Positions 37,801-56,355 of a stretch of DNA of 64,000 bases are shown here, piece after piece (the stretch's first letter is position 1; each line of letters opens with the position of its first letter). The stretch covers positions 26,600,001 through 26,664,000 of the forward strand of contig NC_058383.1 of NCBI RefSeq assembly GCF_018350175.1. Reading direction: 5' to 3'. The position numbers and the translations under genes are program-made. The notes under the pieces were generated by a model, which did no database searches, was not told the origin of the DNA, and worked only from the letters and a program-made list of their open reading frames with translations. Origin of the DNA: Felis catus. Taxonomy: Eukaryota.

Positions 37801-40800
37801 TCGCAAGCTATTTTTGAAAGAATACGGAAATAGTAACAGATTTTTTTGTCCATTTATGTAATGAATGTCTGCTGTTAGGCACTGTTCTAAGTGCTGTGAA
37901 ATATTTTGACTTTTAAGATTGATCTTGTGTTTAAGGTTGATACTGAGGCAGTGTAGTGGTAGTTAGCTAAATGCATAGCAAGTGCTTCAGAACAGATTCA
38001 TTCAAATATTCTAACTTCCTTCTGATCCAAAAAATAACAAAACTAGATGGAGTAGATTTTTTGTTTGTTTTTTTGGTCCTAGTTGCTGTTCTTCCTTGGT
38101 TGTTTATTTTAATTTGATTAGTAGTCTACATGTGCCTTTAGTTTTTTGTTCAATTATAATAACAAAGTATAATACCAAATTATTTTATAATTTTATAAAT
38201 TATATAATTTTTATATATAACTATAAATTAAAAATATTTTTTATAATTATATAATTTATAAATTATAATTCTGTAAAATTAAGACTTTTTAAATTAATAT
38301 GCCTTATGGATCTTTAAGAATAAATTTGGACATTTTAGGGGAATATGCTTAAGTTATGGGATAATTAAGCATGTTTGTTTAAAGATGTTTCCCCTATAGC
38401 AGAATGGATTAGTGGTAGAAAATGTCCTTTGAATTGTTTTTCACATGTAACAATGCATTGCTGCTGTGTTTTGGGCAAGTTTGTAACCATGTAATGTAAC
38501 AACTTAACAAAGGACATCATCCTCTGACCTTGAGTTTATTAGTCAGATGACATTCTAATCTGCTAATTCATAACTCTGGGAGAAAATTTTTCAGAAGTAA
38601 ACAGTGAACGTTTCATGGTAATCAGTATGTGGCTCAGTCCACAACAATTTTATTTTTTGATCTAAATGGAGAAGGAAGAACACTGTTTCATAGCCACAAT
38701 TCAGCCTTGACCATGGGCAGCATGTAAGGTCCAGCTGCTGACAAGGAGTCTCAGGGCTCATCAGGAGCCCTTCTGCTGTATCTGTCACTGCAGTTTTACA
38801 GGGACAAGAACTAGAGGAGAGAAAGGTACATATCTGCCCAATGAGGGTCTACAGCAGCCATCATATCTGTGTAGCAAAGACAATACAAGGGTGAACTTTT
38901 TTTTTTTTTTAATCATAATTCAAAAAAACAAAAAAGGGCTTTCTTGGAGGATCTTTTTGTATTTTTATTTTATTTCTATTTTCCCTCCCTGGGACTAAAT
39001 TTATAAAGAATTTGGACTTGAGCTGTTGGTTGCTACCTTGGCATCAAGTGGGCATGAAGCCCAGTATTATGCTTGGAATGTAGTTATCATCTTACTGGAA
39101 TGCTCAGATACAGCTGTTGGGCAGAAACTTAACGTCCTCCTCAAAACAGTGAGACCCTGATGGGCTACAACCCAGGATTCATTAGAATCTGAAAAATAAT
39201 ACAGGAATAGAGAAATTAGTTTATACTGATTATAACATGGCCCATAGTAGCCTTGAGTCTTTTGTTACTATAATTAAATGTGGCTTTAGAACCAGGGATT
39301 ACCATGGCTTTGTGCATACACGTGTCTTTTTTTTTTTTTTTAACATTTATTTATTTTCGAGAAAGAGAGAGGCCATGAGCAGGGGAGGAGCAGAGATAGA
39401 GAGGGAGACAGAGAATCTGAAGTAGGCTCTAGGCTCCAAGCTGTCAGCACAGAGCCCGACGCGGGGCTCGAACTCACAAACTGGGAGATCATGACCTGAG
39501 CTGAAGTCAGAGGCTCAACTGACTGAGCCACCCAGGCGCCCCTACACGTGCCTTTATGTAAAAACTCATTCCTGTGCTATACAAGGGGTCTTAATAGTAC
39601 AGAAACTTTTTCACGTTCATAAGAGAATGGTGAATTGTTTTTTATTTAGACTTTCTTTAGGGGATAGCTTTTTAAATTTGAGAGGATGATATTTTCTGTT
39701 TACTATAAAGATTTGCTTATAGTGAAGGGGAAAATTTTTTTGTAGGACCACTGAGCAACAGCAAAGATTCCATGAAATTTGTAGCAATCTAGTAAAAACT
39801 CGACGCAGAGCTGTGGGCTGGTGGAAACGCCTCTTTACACTAAAGGAAGAAAAGCCTAAAATGGTACTTTTTTTGTTTTGACTTATTTAAGTAGAGCAAA
39901 ATTTTAAGTTCGAGTCCATTTTTATTCATTGTAGCCTAATGATGGCCTTTTTGTTTTAATAGCTGTAGTTTGATATTTATTATTCGTTGGTTTGACTCCT
40001 CCAACTACATTTGTAAATGTTTATCTGTATGAATTAGATTGAATTATTGGAAGTTAAAATTATATTTTGCATTTAACTTTGTACTCTAGCAGAGCAAAAT
40101 GTTTCTTCTATGCTTACTAATATAAAAGTAAAAGACAAATACTTAAAAAGCATTTATTCTCTTATCTCTTAGCTTCACATGAGGTTACTATGTGAATTAT
40201 TAATTGTAAAAGTATAATTGATTTTAAACTAATTTATATAATGACAGTAATTCTAGAAGGGAATGTGTATAAATTCTATAAAGTAGACCTAATGGAATTT
40301 CCTATGGGTTTTTATATAATACATAAAACCCAATATGTAAGATATATATAATCCTTAGATACAAAGTCTTTTAAGAAAAGTTGTAACAAGTACTGGATTA
40401 TTTTCTAACCTTTGAAACAGGGTCCTACAGTTAGGCTTCTGGGTCTGTTTCTAGGGGTTGATAACTTCTCGTTGTTTTCATTGTTAGTACTTCATGACCA
40501 TGATCGTTTCTCTTGCTGCGGTTGCGTGGGTGGGACAGCAAGTCCACAACCTGCTGCTCACCTACCTGATAGGTAAGTCTCTGAGGAGGGGCTGTAGACA
40601 TATTCTGGCCGTAGAGGTCTGAGTGGGACTTTGTAAAGTAGTATCTGTGTGCTTGTCGAGTTGGAAGGTACCGATGGAGGAACTGCCAGTCTAGAAAGAG
40701 AATTAAAACCTACAGCCTTGCTTTCTGGGAGTTTGTGGTCTTCGAGTAAGTTAAGACATACTAACCAAGGTAGAAAGTGGTGTGGAAGAGGTAAAAATAA

Positions 40801-41085
40801 GCAGCGTTCATTATCTGAGGTTGGGGGGTGTGACAGAAGTTTCAGGGGATCAATACCAGTGAAAGTAATGGAGTGTCTGATAGTCTGGGAGACTAACTTC
40901 TATAAAATGTAATCACCTGTAGGAAGTTAATTAATGCCTCCTTAATTTTGTTTGTTTATTTTTAAGTGACTTTCTTACTGTTGCTTCCTGGATTGAACCA
41001 GCACGGAATCATTTTGAAGTACATTGGAATGGCCAAAAGGGAGATAAATAAGCTTCTCAAACAAAAAGAAAAGAAAAATGAATAA
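34270..41085 (+). CDS. ARL6IP1: ADP-ribosylation factor-like 6 interacting protein 1, ER membrane-shaping protein, 203 aa, 6 exons
   Basis: Exons sum to 612 nt; MAEGDNRSTNLLAAETASLEEQLQGWGEV... with hydrophobic hairpins and a C-terminal di-lysine KKNE* ER-retrieval motif. Confidence 0.98.
36350..36571 (-). mobile_element. Young felid SINE in ARL6IP1 intron 1
   Basis: TSD tagaaactgattt at 36337 and 36572. Confidence 0.95.
36711..36844 (+). CDS. ARL6IP1: ARL6IP1 exon 2
   Basis: tgcag| acceptor; AAETASLEEQ...SLVF; CT|gtaagt donor. Confidence 0.96.
37319..37438 (+). CDS. ARL6IP1: ARL6IP1 exon 3
   Basis: aacag| acceptor; TIYYLDPSVL...FGSNK; ATG|gtaggt donor. Confidence 0.96.
38150..38300. repeat. 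AT-rich low-complexity tract
   Basis: Nearly pure A/T with repeated ttataa units. Confidence 0.8.
39328..39542 (-). mobile_element. Can-SINE in ARL6IP1 intron 3
   Basis: TSD tacacgtg.cttt. Confidence 0.92.
39746..39863 (+). CDS. ARL6IP1: ARL6IP1 exon 4
   Basis: tgtag| acceptor; TTEQQQRFHEIC...KPKM; ATG|gtactt donor. Confidence 0.95.
40488..40572 (+). CDS. ARL6IP1: ARL6IP1 exon 5
   Basis: gttag| acceptor; YFMTMIVSLAAVAW...TYLI; TAG|gtaagt donor, phase 1. Confidence 0.96.
40967..41085 (+). CDS. ARL6IP1: ARL6IP1 exon 6 coding part
   Basis: ttaag| acceptor; VTFLLLLPGLNQHG...KEKKNE; TAA at 41083-41085. Confidence 0.96.
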
Positions 41086-42704
41086 TGCGTCTGCTTTACT
41101 GAGTGTAATGAATGGCATACACCTTGTCCTTGGGAACAGTTTCTCTTAATGCTGTCTGGATTCTGAAATGTTACAGAAGTAGCTCCTTGCTCTCCCTCTT
41201 TCTGCCCTTAGTTAGTAGAAATTCAGCCTTGCCAAGTAAGGCTTTATGCATAGTGTCTTCATGTGAAGTGTAGCTGAATGCATTCTCATCACTTGGCCTT
41301 ATGTGGACAGTTCATTCGTGAGTACGACTTGTTTTGATTTTTCTCACCCAGGTTCATTGAATTCTTACTTTTAGGCAACTTCCTTTAAAAATACGTAGTG
41401 GTGAACTTCACCTTTTAGTATACTTAACTGTGACGTTGGATAATTGTTCCTGTTGATCTTCGCTTTAGCTAGATACAAGGTAGTGGTCTGTGGCTACAGG
41501 AAGCTGGTTCTACTGTCTGCTTCCACAGTCTGCTTAAACTGTCTGGCTCCATGAATACAGAGACCAAGTTTCCCGCTTCTGATGAAGAGACCAATTAAGA
41601 TTCATTCCTCACACTGTTTCTGTACTGTGGGAGAAGATCCTTCTGGAATCAAATGAAACCAATTCCATGCCCTAGTATGTGTTGGTTTCTGCCTCGTGCA
41701 AAACTTAGCAATTTGTAAGAAACACTGATCCTTCTTCCCAAATGGGGAGTATGACAGGCTTAGAGCTCTTCTCTCCTTGCTCTGAGACTTTGAGTTAGTA
41801 GATCCTTAAAGGCTTTTTAACAGCAGGCTTCTAAAAGTTTGTGTTAAGTATTTTTAGCATATTTTTAATTTCAGATTTTCCAGCTGACTGAACCTAAGTA
41901 TATAATAGGTTAAGACTCAGGTCTATGACCTTCACTCCGACACCAGCCAATAAAGGACAGAAGTCTTCCTATATGTAGTCAAGATTTCATTTCAGTAGAA
42001 AATAAATCTTATCCCTACTAATTTTTCAAGACCAGACTAAGCCTTTTAAAGGTAAGCCTCAAGATTCTCATTTGAAGGTAATTGGGGGCTGCTTTGGTCC
42101 CCTTAGATTGGGCATACGAGGTGGTGACTATGCTGGCATCTGACTTTTTCCCTAGTTATTTCTGTGAAGAATGCAGGGGCTGTCGGGGAGAGCAGACTTT
42201 TGGCGACGATAGGTGGCCTCTGGTCTACAGAGATTTTGTAACTCCTTGGAAAGTGTAGAATCATCCTCCCTCTCGGTAGCTAGAAATTTAGAATAGTTGA
42301 AAACTGTAGGAATTGAAACTCTGAGGGCTGAAAATGTGACATTTGGGAACAGTTCTTAAACTCTGATTAAGTAGCTGTAATATAGTTTTGTGAATTTATT
42401 GCACTGATGCTGTAAAACCTGGACCTTGTGGTATATCTGTCCCTAAATAAGTGTTGTTTTCTCCCCTTCAATATTACTGTAAACAATGGCAACCATTGTA
42501 GCATAATGTTTGATTTTTTTTTTTTTTTTTAAATGTTCCATATGAAACCTACAAACTACCTTAATTTTTACATGTGTTTTCCATTGTAGATAAGCCTGTC
42601 TTGCTGTCTGGATTTTTTTGTGTATATGTGTTCTACCAATTAACTACTTTTGCAGTTTTAATCTTGTATTATTTCTTCTACTTGGTTTTGTGTAAAAGGG
42701 GAAC

Positions 42705-42710
42705 AATAAA
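42705..42710 (+). terminator. Probable distal ARL6IP1 poly(A) signal (3' UTR ~1.6 kb)
   Basis: AATAAA followed by a GT/T-rich tract; further AATAAA at 41949 and 42001. Confidence 0.7.
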
Positions 42711-43097
42711 GCTGGAATCCCTCCTTGTGTCTTGCTTTCTTTATACCTTAGCCATTAAGGTGTTGACAGGATGTGTGAATCCAGTTACTGAACTACCCTG
42801 AGTGATCATTACATGCCTACTCTTGAAGAACAAAATGAAATAAAAGGTGTAAATTAATTGATTCAGCAAAACTTCAGGCACCGTGCTAGATGGAAAAGGA
42901 GATACAACGGAAAGCCATGGCCAAAGATGAAGTATGAGAGGGCCATGCTGGAAGAACAGGCAGGGAGCCGTGCAGGCTGGAGAGAAAGTGCCTGTTATGG
43001 TTACTTCTGCAGGACCCAGCTCAGAGTTGCATGACGTACTCGCTTATTGGTGGATGACTTCTGTCTGTACTTTGAACTCTAATCATGAAAAGTTTTA

Positions 43098-46000
43098 CTG
43101 GCACCTGGGTGGCTCGCTCAGTTAAGCATCTGACTCTTGATTTTGGCTGAGGTCACCATCTCGTGGTTGTAAGATCGAGTCCTGCTCCGTTCTGAGTGTG
43201 GAGCCTGCTTAGGACTTGCTCTCTCTCCTGCTTCTGCGCCTTCCCCTTCCCTGCGCTGGCTCTCTCTCTCTCAAAATATAGTAAAAAAAAAAAAAAAAAA
43301 AAAAAATTTTTAATTGAGGAAGGAGTGCCTGCCTGGCTCAGTCAGTACAGCATGCAACTCTTGATCTTGGGGTTGTGAGTTTGAGCCCATTGGGCATAGA
43401 GTTTACTTAAAAGGATTAAATTGTTTGATCAGTGGGCCTCATTGTCTATACTTGGTCTTAGGAACAGATTCGATATCAAATTCTGAGCCCTCTAACCATT
43501 GCTCCCCACCCCCCACCAAAAAGTTTGGCTCCTTCTTAGAGCCTTCTGTGGGTTTGGTGATCTCCAGAAAAGGAAAATCTTAGTCATGGTAGGTCTGCCC
43601 ATGGTCACCTGAGTTTTGAAATGCTGGTGTTCTTCCATCCAGCTGTGATTCATTCTCAGGCCAGCTTGGCTACCCCTGAGCCGGCTCGGGCTCCAGCAAA
43701 AGTCCTTTTTTGATGCCGGCCTTGACACCATCTCCAGTGAAGTTCCCATCATCCTGGAGTTCACAGGACACCGGAGGCTGTTTGGAGTTGGTCGGGTGAA
43801 GAAGAGTTAAGGGGTGTGCCTGGCTGGCTCAGTTGGTAGAGCATGTGACTTGACCTCAGGGTTGTGAGTTCAAGCACCACATTGGGCATGGTGCCTGTCT
43901 AAAAAAAGGCACTTTTAAGTGCCCTGTTTACAGGACAAAAAAAGGGGGATTTGTGAGTGTTGAGGAGAGTTGATTTTTACCAGTATTTTATCTTCCACAT
44001 GTTGATTTTTTTTTTTTTTTTCAAAAAGTTGGCCACTTAACCGACTGAGCCACCCAGGCGCCCCCATGTGTTAACATTTTAACAACTCAGATCACAATCC
44101 TCTTCAAAGACCTCTCAGCAAGCAGGTTCCAGTTTGCCTACAGCATATATGACAAGCTTGTGAGGCAATTTACACATGGCCCTCGTCTTGTTGCCATATG
44201 CCTCCAACTTATTTCTCAGTTTCAGCCCAGGCATTCTGAGGTTTCTGTCTTTATATGATTCCATTACTTCCTAGTTCTTGGAGCTGTTATAAGCCTAGAA
44301 TATCTATTGCCCCACAGGTCTTCAAGTTTTGACATCAGGTAGACCTAGGCTGAAACCACATCAAGTAATTTAATAGCTTAGACAAGTAACCACTTTTTTG
44401 TTTTGGCATTTATCGGTTGGTGGATTGATTTGTTTGTGCAAGTGGGGGTGAGGGGGAGAACGGGGCAGAGGGAGAGACAGAGAATCTCAAGCAGGCTCCA
44501 CCCTCAGCAGGGAGCCCAATGCAGGGCTCAATCCCACAACCCGGGGAGCATGACCTGAGCCAAGATCAAGAGTTCTGTGCTCAACCAACTGAGTCACCCA
44601 GGCGCCCTGCTTTGACTTTTTATTTTTTTTTTTAATTTTTTTTTTCAACGTTTATTTATTTTTGGGACAGAGAGAGACAGAGCATGAACAGGGAAGGGGC
44701 AGAGAGAGAGGGAGACACAGAATCGGAAACAGGCTCCAGGCTCTGAGCCATCAGCCCAGAGCCCGACGCGGGGCTTGAACTCACGGACCGTGAGATCGTG
44801 ACCTGGCTGAAGTCGGACGCTTAACCGACTGCGCCACCCAGGCGCCCCTGCTTTGACTTTTTAAATTAAGTTAATTTGGGGACGCCTGGGTAGCTCAGTC
44901 TGTTAAGCGTCTGACTGTTGATTTCGGCCCAGGTCGTGATCTCACTGTTTGTGAGTTGGAGCCCCACATCAGGCTCTGTGCTGACAGTGCAGAGCCTGCT
45001 TCGGATGCTCTCTCTCTCCCTCCCTCTCTGCCCTTCCTCTGCTCTCTCTCTCTCTTTCAAAATAAATAAATAAAAACGTTATTAAAAAAATAAAGTCAAT
45101 TTCAGATTGAATTTCATTTTCTCATTTGTGAAATGAGGGTAAAAGTACAGATCTCATAGGGGCATTATACAACCGCATTTGTTTTGAGGATTCCATGAGT
45201 TAATTTACTGGAAGCACACAGTGGTCGTCACGAATTGGTAGTGTTGGTACCCTTCATGACACAGGTCAAATGGCACCTCTGTGAAATCTTCAACTTCCCA
45301 GGCCACCTCTGCATTCCCACAGCACTTCATCAGCATCCATTAAAGCACACTGCTCACTATTATATTGTTACTTAGAGGTTTGTTTTCCCTGCTGGGATCT
45401 GAACCTCTTAAGGTCAGAAACGTATTTTCGTCCTCTCTCCATCTCATACAAGTCCTGGCACACAGAAGACACTCATTAGATGTTTGCTGAATGAATGAGT
45501 GAAATGTATTAAGAGATAGTGGTGGTACTATTTTTCTGTTTATGGGAAGGTTCTTGAAGGAAAGTGTTTTGTTTTGTTTTTTTTAACGTTTATTCATTTT
45601 TGAGAGACAGAGAGCGAGCGGGAAGGAGCAGAGACAGCAGGAGACACAGAATCCGAAGCAGGCTCTGGGGCTCAAACTCAGATTGTGAGATCATGACCTG
45701 AGCTGAAGTTGGACACCCAACCGACTGAGCCACCTAGGCGCCCCGAAAGTGGGTTTAACTCCCCACTGTTGTTAATGCCTCAATTAAGGTGAACTGCACA
45801 TTTTTAGTAAACTAGACATGTAAGTGTACAGAGAACCAGTTCATCAAAGTAATTTTCATTAAGGGAAACCAGGGTGGTTCAGTCGGTTAAGCGTTCAACT
45901 CTTGATTTTAGCTCAGGTCGTGATCTCACGGTTGGTGGGTTGGTGGGGGCGGGGCATCAGGGTGATTCTCTGCCTGGGATTCTCTCTCCCTCTCTCTGCC

Positions 46001-46786
46001 ACTCCCACAGAGAGAGCACACTCTCTCTCAAACTAAAACAAAACAAAACAAAACAAAAAAAAACAGCTAATGGTCCTTTTGTAATGGAAATTAAACCCAG
46101 AGAATTCTGTATCCTGGAGCTGTGCAAACTGAGAGTTTTGCTTTCCTCAAGGTTCACTTAGGTCATGTCTACAGCCAGCAGGGGGCTCAAACTCCCAACC
46201 CTGAGATCAAGAGTCACATGCTCTACTGGCTGAGCCAGCCAGGAGCCCCTCAGGGTTCACTTAGGATTTGAGAAGAATTAGGAGCAAGGTGGGCTGAGAG
46301 ACTACTGTTGATTGAGCGCTCACTCTGTCAGGTTTTGTGTTTATTCTTCTTACTGAAGTGTAGTTGATACACAATGTTGTTAGTTTGAGGTGTACAACAT
46401 AGTGAACTGAAAATTCTGTACATGACGCAATGCTCACTACAGTAAGTATAGTTACCATCTGTCACCACGTGACATTCCTATAGTGTGTTAATCTTTTTTA
46501 TATGGATTATTTCATCTATCCTCATAGCAACTTCAAGTGATTAGGAGCATCATTCCCATTTTACACATGGGCAGACTGATTTATTCACCAAATATGTATC
46601 AAGAGCCTACTGTGTGCCAGATAATTTTTCTAGGAGCTGTGAGGACAGCAGCGAACACAACTGACCAAATCCCTCCTTTCTTGGAACTTAATGGAGACAG
46701 TTAAATACACTTCCAATATTCCAAGTGCTATGGAGAAAATTTTAAGCCAGGCAATGGAGTTAGGAGGAATGGGGAGAAGGCTCCAT

Positions 46787-46828
<42 letters not shown>

Positions 46829-48035
46829 AGAGTCTGGGAAAGCCAGCGAGCCAGCTTCCTGGCAAACTGGAAAAATGTTGAAGTTAGAGGGAAAGGCAAA
46901 TGCAAAGGCCCTGAGGTGGAGTACGCTTGGGGTGTTTCTTTGAAGAAACAAGCTAGGGAAGAATGGTGGGGAATGAGGTCTGTTGTGCCAGGGCCAGAAG
47001 GCAGGTGTGCACATCACGGAGGACCTTGTAAGCTTTTGTAAGGAATTTGCATTTTGCTGAGGGTGATGGGAGCCAGTGTGTGATCTGATTTAGGTTTTAA
47101 AGAGGTCATTCTGGCTACCTGTGGGAAAAACAGGGGTGAGTAAAAGGGAGGTCAAGGGTGAAAGCAGCGACCTAAGGAGGCTATTGCAAATACGCGGGAC
47201 TGGGACTTATACACTGAGTGGGGCACCTGGGGGGCTCATTCTCCATTAAGCGGCTTGCTTCCACCTAGGTCATGATCTCCCGTTCCCCAGTTCGAGCCCC
47301 ACATCGGGCTCTGTGCTGACGGCTCCGAGCCTGGAGTCGCCTTCGGATTCTAATCTTCCTCTCTCTCTGCCCCTCCGCCACTAGTGCTCTGTTTCTCTCT
47401 CTCAAAAATAAATAAACATTAAAAAAAAATACATTGAGCATTTACTACATGCCAGACACTGTGCAAGCCCTTTGCCCCATTATCTCATCCGACCTTTGCA
47501 ATAACTTTCTAGAGTTAAGTATTATTATCCCTCCCCGCCCCGCCACCTATTTAGGGAAGGTTCAGAGAAAATACGAAGACTTATCAAAACTAGTTCTTGT
47601 CCGGGTGCAGAACTGTTGATAAAAACTACTGGTTCAGAATCCTGAGTACTTTTTTTTTTTTTTTTTGAAACGTTTGTGGCTTTCATCCAAACTGTGTATC
47701 CTGTAAGTTTTAGAAAGAAACGTTTGGAGCTCCAGTAAATAATTTCTAAGAATTAGGGAGCACTAACTTAAAAATATATTTTTGACTTTGAAAAAATAAT
47801 CTAGGGGCACCTGGATGGCTCAATCGGTTGAGTGCCTGACTTCGGCTCAGGTCATGACCTCACAGTTTGTGGGTTCGGGCCTCGCGTCGGGCTCTGTGCT
47901 GAGAGTTCAGAGCCTGGAACCTGCTTCGGATTCTGTGTCTCCCTCTCTCTATGCCCCTCCCCCACTCTTACTCTGTCTCTCTGTCTCTGTCTCGAAAATA
48001 AATGTTAAAAAATTTTTCCAAAAAAAAAAAAAGGA
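43098..48035. mobile_element. SINE-dense spacer between ARL6IP1 and RPS15A (about 12 Can-SINEs in both orientations plus L1 and L2 pieces)
   Basis: SINEs near 43098+, 43322+, 43811+, 44005-, 44430-, 44623- (young, TSD tgctttgacttttta), 44878+, 45565-, 45862+, 46165-, 47219+ and 47803+ (TSD aaaaataatcta). Confidence 0.88.
46578..47190 (-). mobile_element. LINE-2 3' fragment containing a (GT)n microsatellite at ~46789-46825
   Basis: attcaccaaatat...gagcctactgtgtgccag terminus and tgcaaaggccctgaggtgg motif typical of antisense L2. Confidence 0.7.
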
Positions 48036-48299
48036 AAAATAATCTATACACAGGTGTGGAAAAACAAACCACAATTGTATATAGAGAAAAGCAAGTCTTT
48101 CATCCCAGTTCCTCAGGCCCTCGTCAGAGGCAGTTATCGATTTGCGTGGCTCCTTTCAGAGATACTGTAAATACACAAATGTAAAAATCTATTCTAAATG
48201 GTGAACAGTTATTACAACAAAAATTAGCAAATACCTCAGCCATCTTCAGTTCAGTTTTTTACAGAGTAAGGGCTAGAAAGGTGTCAACCTCGATCCTTC

Positions 48300-49400
48300 C
48301 CACCCCGGCCTCACCTGGAGAGGTCGATTCCATCGATTCTCTGCTTCTCACCCCTGAAGAGGCTCCGCCCCTTCACCCGCCTTCTTCCAGTAGGCAATAC
48401 TTTTTTTTGGCCCTCCTTTAAAAGTCTCGCGATAGGCCACCCGCTTCCCATAACTCCGTGCGCTCGCCCCTCCCGTCCTCTTTCCGCCATCTTTCCGCGC
48501 CGGTGAGTACTTCTCCCTGAAGGATCCAACATCATCCGTTGGCTATCTCTGCCATCCTGCAGTCTGAGCCTCAACTTCGGTGTTCTCTGATGGTGCCAGG
48601 GCCTTCTTGGGCGGAGGATGCTGCGCTTGCGAGGGTTTGGGCAGGAGTAGAGGAGAGTCATGCCCGTCCGCTCCACGCTCTGCATTTTGGGGATCCCGGT
48701 TTGAGAAACGCAGGCCGCAGCTCTGGCGGGAACGGAGCAATCGGCCGACGGGAGAGGCGGTAGACCCAGCGTGGTCGGCGGCTCCAGGACCTCCCTTAGT
48801 GGCTGGGGTAGCGCCTTGGCTCCGGGCGGCGGGAAGCATCGGGGACGGTGGCCGACGTGGGCCGAGCTGGCGTCCCATTCCTTCAGCCGCGCTGTAAGCT
48901 TAGGAGGGTGAGGCCACTCAGCCGGGAAAAATTGCCTTCTGCCTGGGCTGGCAGTTTGCTGGGAGCTAGCCTAGATCTTCTGGGCTCCGGGATTTCCCTT
49001 GATACTTTGTGGAACTTGAGGAAGCAGGTTGGATTCCTACTGTTGGAGCTTGAAGCATGCTTTGGGCTCCATCCTCAGTTTTCACATTAGAGTATCGGGC
49101 AGTTCGTGCACGTTAAGATAGAGTCGTGTCCGGTGCACTTAAAAAGTTCTACTTGTCACTGGTACGATTGCTGCCGGGGCACAACTTTGGGTGGCACACG
49201 TACCGACCTTTTTTAGTTAGTGTTAGTGAAAGCTAAGTATCTTTTGGACAAGGCTGACATCGAATTTGTTGGTTAAAGGGCAGTGTTAATAGTCCAATTG
49301 CTGTTGGATTTCAAAAGTTTGGAAGACCTGCCTGGTGATTCGCAGGTCCCGTTCTCAATAGCTGAGCGACCGTAGCTGATATTGCGCGGGGGAACCTGTC
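48300..49400 (+). promoter_or_regulatory. RPS15A CpG-island promoter with TCT/5'TOP initiator, YY1 motif and TCTCGCGA motif
   Basis: CTCTTTCC at 48478-48485; CCGCCATCTT at 48484-48493; TCTCGCGATA at 48425-48434; CpG-rich into intron 1. Confidence 0.85.
48478..48502 (+). other. RPS15A: RPS15A non-coding exon 1 (5'TOP; start approximate)
   Basis: Oligopyrimidine start ctctttccgccatctttccgcgccg then |gtgagt donor. Confidence 0.85.
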
Positions 49401-49521
49401 TGCTTAGAGATAGGACAGTTTAATGATAGAGGCAGAAGGAAAAGGATGTGTTTGCAGTGGAATGATTGGGAGCCTTTTGATGTTGAGAATGCCGGTAAAA
49501 CCCCTGTTTTTCCTTCCCTGA

Positions 49522-54581
<5,060 letters not shown>

Positions 54582-54601
54582 GGATGTAATACGTTCATAC
54601 A

Positions 54602-54607
54602 AATAAA
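54602..54607 (+). terminator. RPS15A poly(A) signal
   Basis: AATAAA 20 nt after the stop, typical short ribosomal-protein 3' UTR. Confidence 0.85.
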
Positions 54608-55267
54608 ATGCCTCACTGGACTCTAGTGCTTCCCTCGGTCGTTTTGAACTTTACAGCAGAGTAGCAAGAGCGTCACTGTGCAGCCTTTGTTAATTGGGGA
54701 ATGCTGTTTCCCTGAAGTGCATAAGAAAGTCTTGCCTTGTGATAACTCACACCATCATGCTCATGGCTCGTCAGAGGAGGTTGTATCTAGCCCTGGATCG
54801 CTGAATCTGGGTTGGGGTCCAGGTGGTGAAGCTTTCCCTTTCTGGAGTCTTATGTTAACCCTCGAAGGAGTGATGCCTTTCCTGATGTTAGCTTGACAAC
54901 ACTCATTTCATGCACTGTTCTTAACTGTCCTAAAAATACGAGATGGCTACAATTAACTGTAAGTGCCTATGAGGAAGCAGGCAGGAAGCAGACCACTAGA
55001 GCCCACAGCTCGCTAAGATTTATCTCCGAGTAAATTTGGATGGCATGTCAGTAACATATTAGCAGTATGTGTTTGTAAAATGTCAGAAAAATGAAACCTT
55101 TTAAAAACTAGTTTTATGGTAAACCTGTCACAGATGTATTCCTGGAATTGAGAAAAATTAGTTTGCTGGACCATGTCACATGGGGAATGCTTATAAATAG
55201 CTCAACCATCAAAGAGTGTAGGATGGCTTCTGTGAAGTACACCAGGGCTCCACGCCCCATTTCTAAG

Positions 55268-55544
55268 CAGTGCTGTCCAGTAACATAACAAAAGCCACAT
55301 ATGTAATTTAACCTTGCAGTAGCTGTATTAAGACAAGTGAAGAGAAACTGAATTTTTTTAATAACCTGTATGTTCAAACTTAAAATTTTAACATGCAATT
55401 GATATGAAATGGAGTTTTACTCTTTGTAATAAGTCTCTGAAATTATGTATACTGTACGTTTATTTACACTCACAGCACATTTTAATTGGGACCAGCCCCC
55501 TAACATAGCCACATGTGACTGGTGTTCCCTGTTGGACAGCACAG
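55268..55544. mobile_element. hAT-Charlie non-autonomous DNA transposon (MER3/MER33-like)
   Basis: Terminal inverted repeats gtgctgtcca (55270-55279) and tggacagcac (55533-55542); internal tagccacatgtg. Confidence 0.75.
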
Positions 55545-55820
55545 GCTAGATCTTGATTCTTGGAAGTTCTGTGGGTCTGGCTAAGGAGAAAGGAAGCTTG
55601 GAAGAGAGCCCAGATGGATCATTGTGCACCTGGCTAGCTGCATTTGCCAGGCAGGGGAGTAGAATGAATGGGGCAGATCACAGCCTCAAGAATTAATTGT
55701 CTTCTACTCCTGTGAGCCAAAGTTGAAAAAGTCTGATTGCCAGCCTGATTTCAAGAAGTCTACTAGGTCCAGTAGGATGTAGGGTGCTAAGAGCTTGTTG
55801 GAAGGGTGTAGGTTTGGGTT

Positions 55821-55857
<37 letters not shown>

Positions 55858-56127
55858 CAGAAAAGGGTGCTTTTTCACTGTTTGATTGTTCTAGTAACTC
55901 CTGTAAGACTACTTTCTGACTTCCTGGTAGGTCAAGCAGTTTTCAACACTCAAGTAGTAGGGATGTTCACTTATCACTCCCCTGGTTGTAAGGTGATGTC
56001 TGGCAAATGACAACTTCTGTAGGTCTCCCTGTTAGGTAAAAAGAGAAACTACCTCAAGGGATGCTAACAGCGCACTTGAAACAGCTTGGGGCCAGGGCAT
56101 GGCCAGCATTCAGTAATGTAACTTTCT

Positions 56128-56355
56128 TTTTTTTTTAATTAAAAAAAATTTTTTTAATGTTTATTTCTGAGAGAGGGAGACAGCATGAGTGGGGGAGGGG
56201 CAGAGAGAGAGGGAGACACAGGATCTGAAGCAGGCTCCAGGCTCTGAGCTGTCAGTACAGAGCCCGACACAGGGCTCGAACTCAGACTGTGAGATCATGA
56301 CCTGAGCTGAAGTCCGACCTGAGACGCTCAACTGACCGAGCCACCCAGGCGCCCC
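56128..56355 (-). mobile_element. Can-SINE
   Basis: TSD agtaatgtaactttct at 56112 and 56356. Confidence 0.92.

Noticed and set aside
43492..43800. Unique GC-richer segment with a 90-aa minus ORF between SINEs, considered as a retrocopy
   Set aside because: No recognisable parent protein, poly(A) tail or TSD.
48311..49090. 105-124 aa ORFs on both strands at the RPS15A promoter
   Set aside because: CpG-island artefacts overlapping exon 1 and intron 1.
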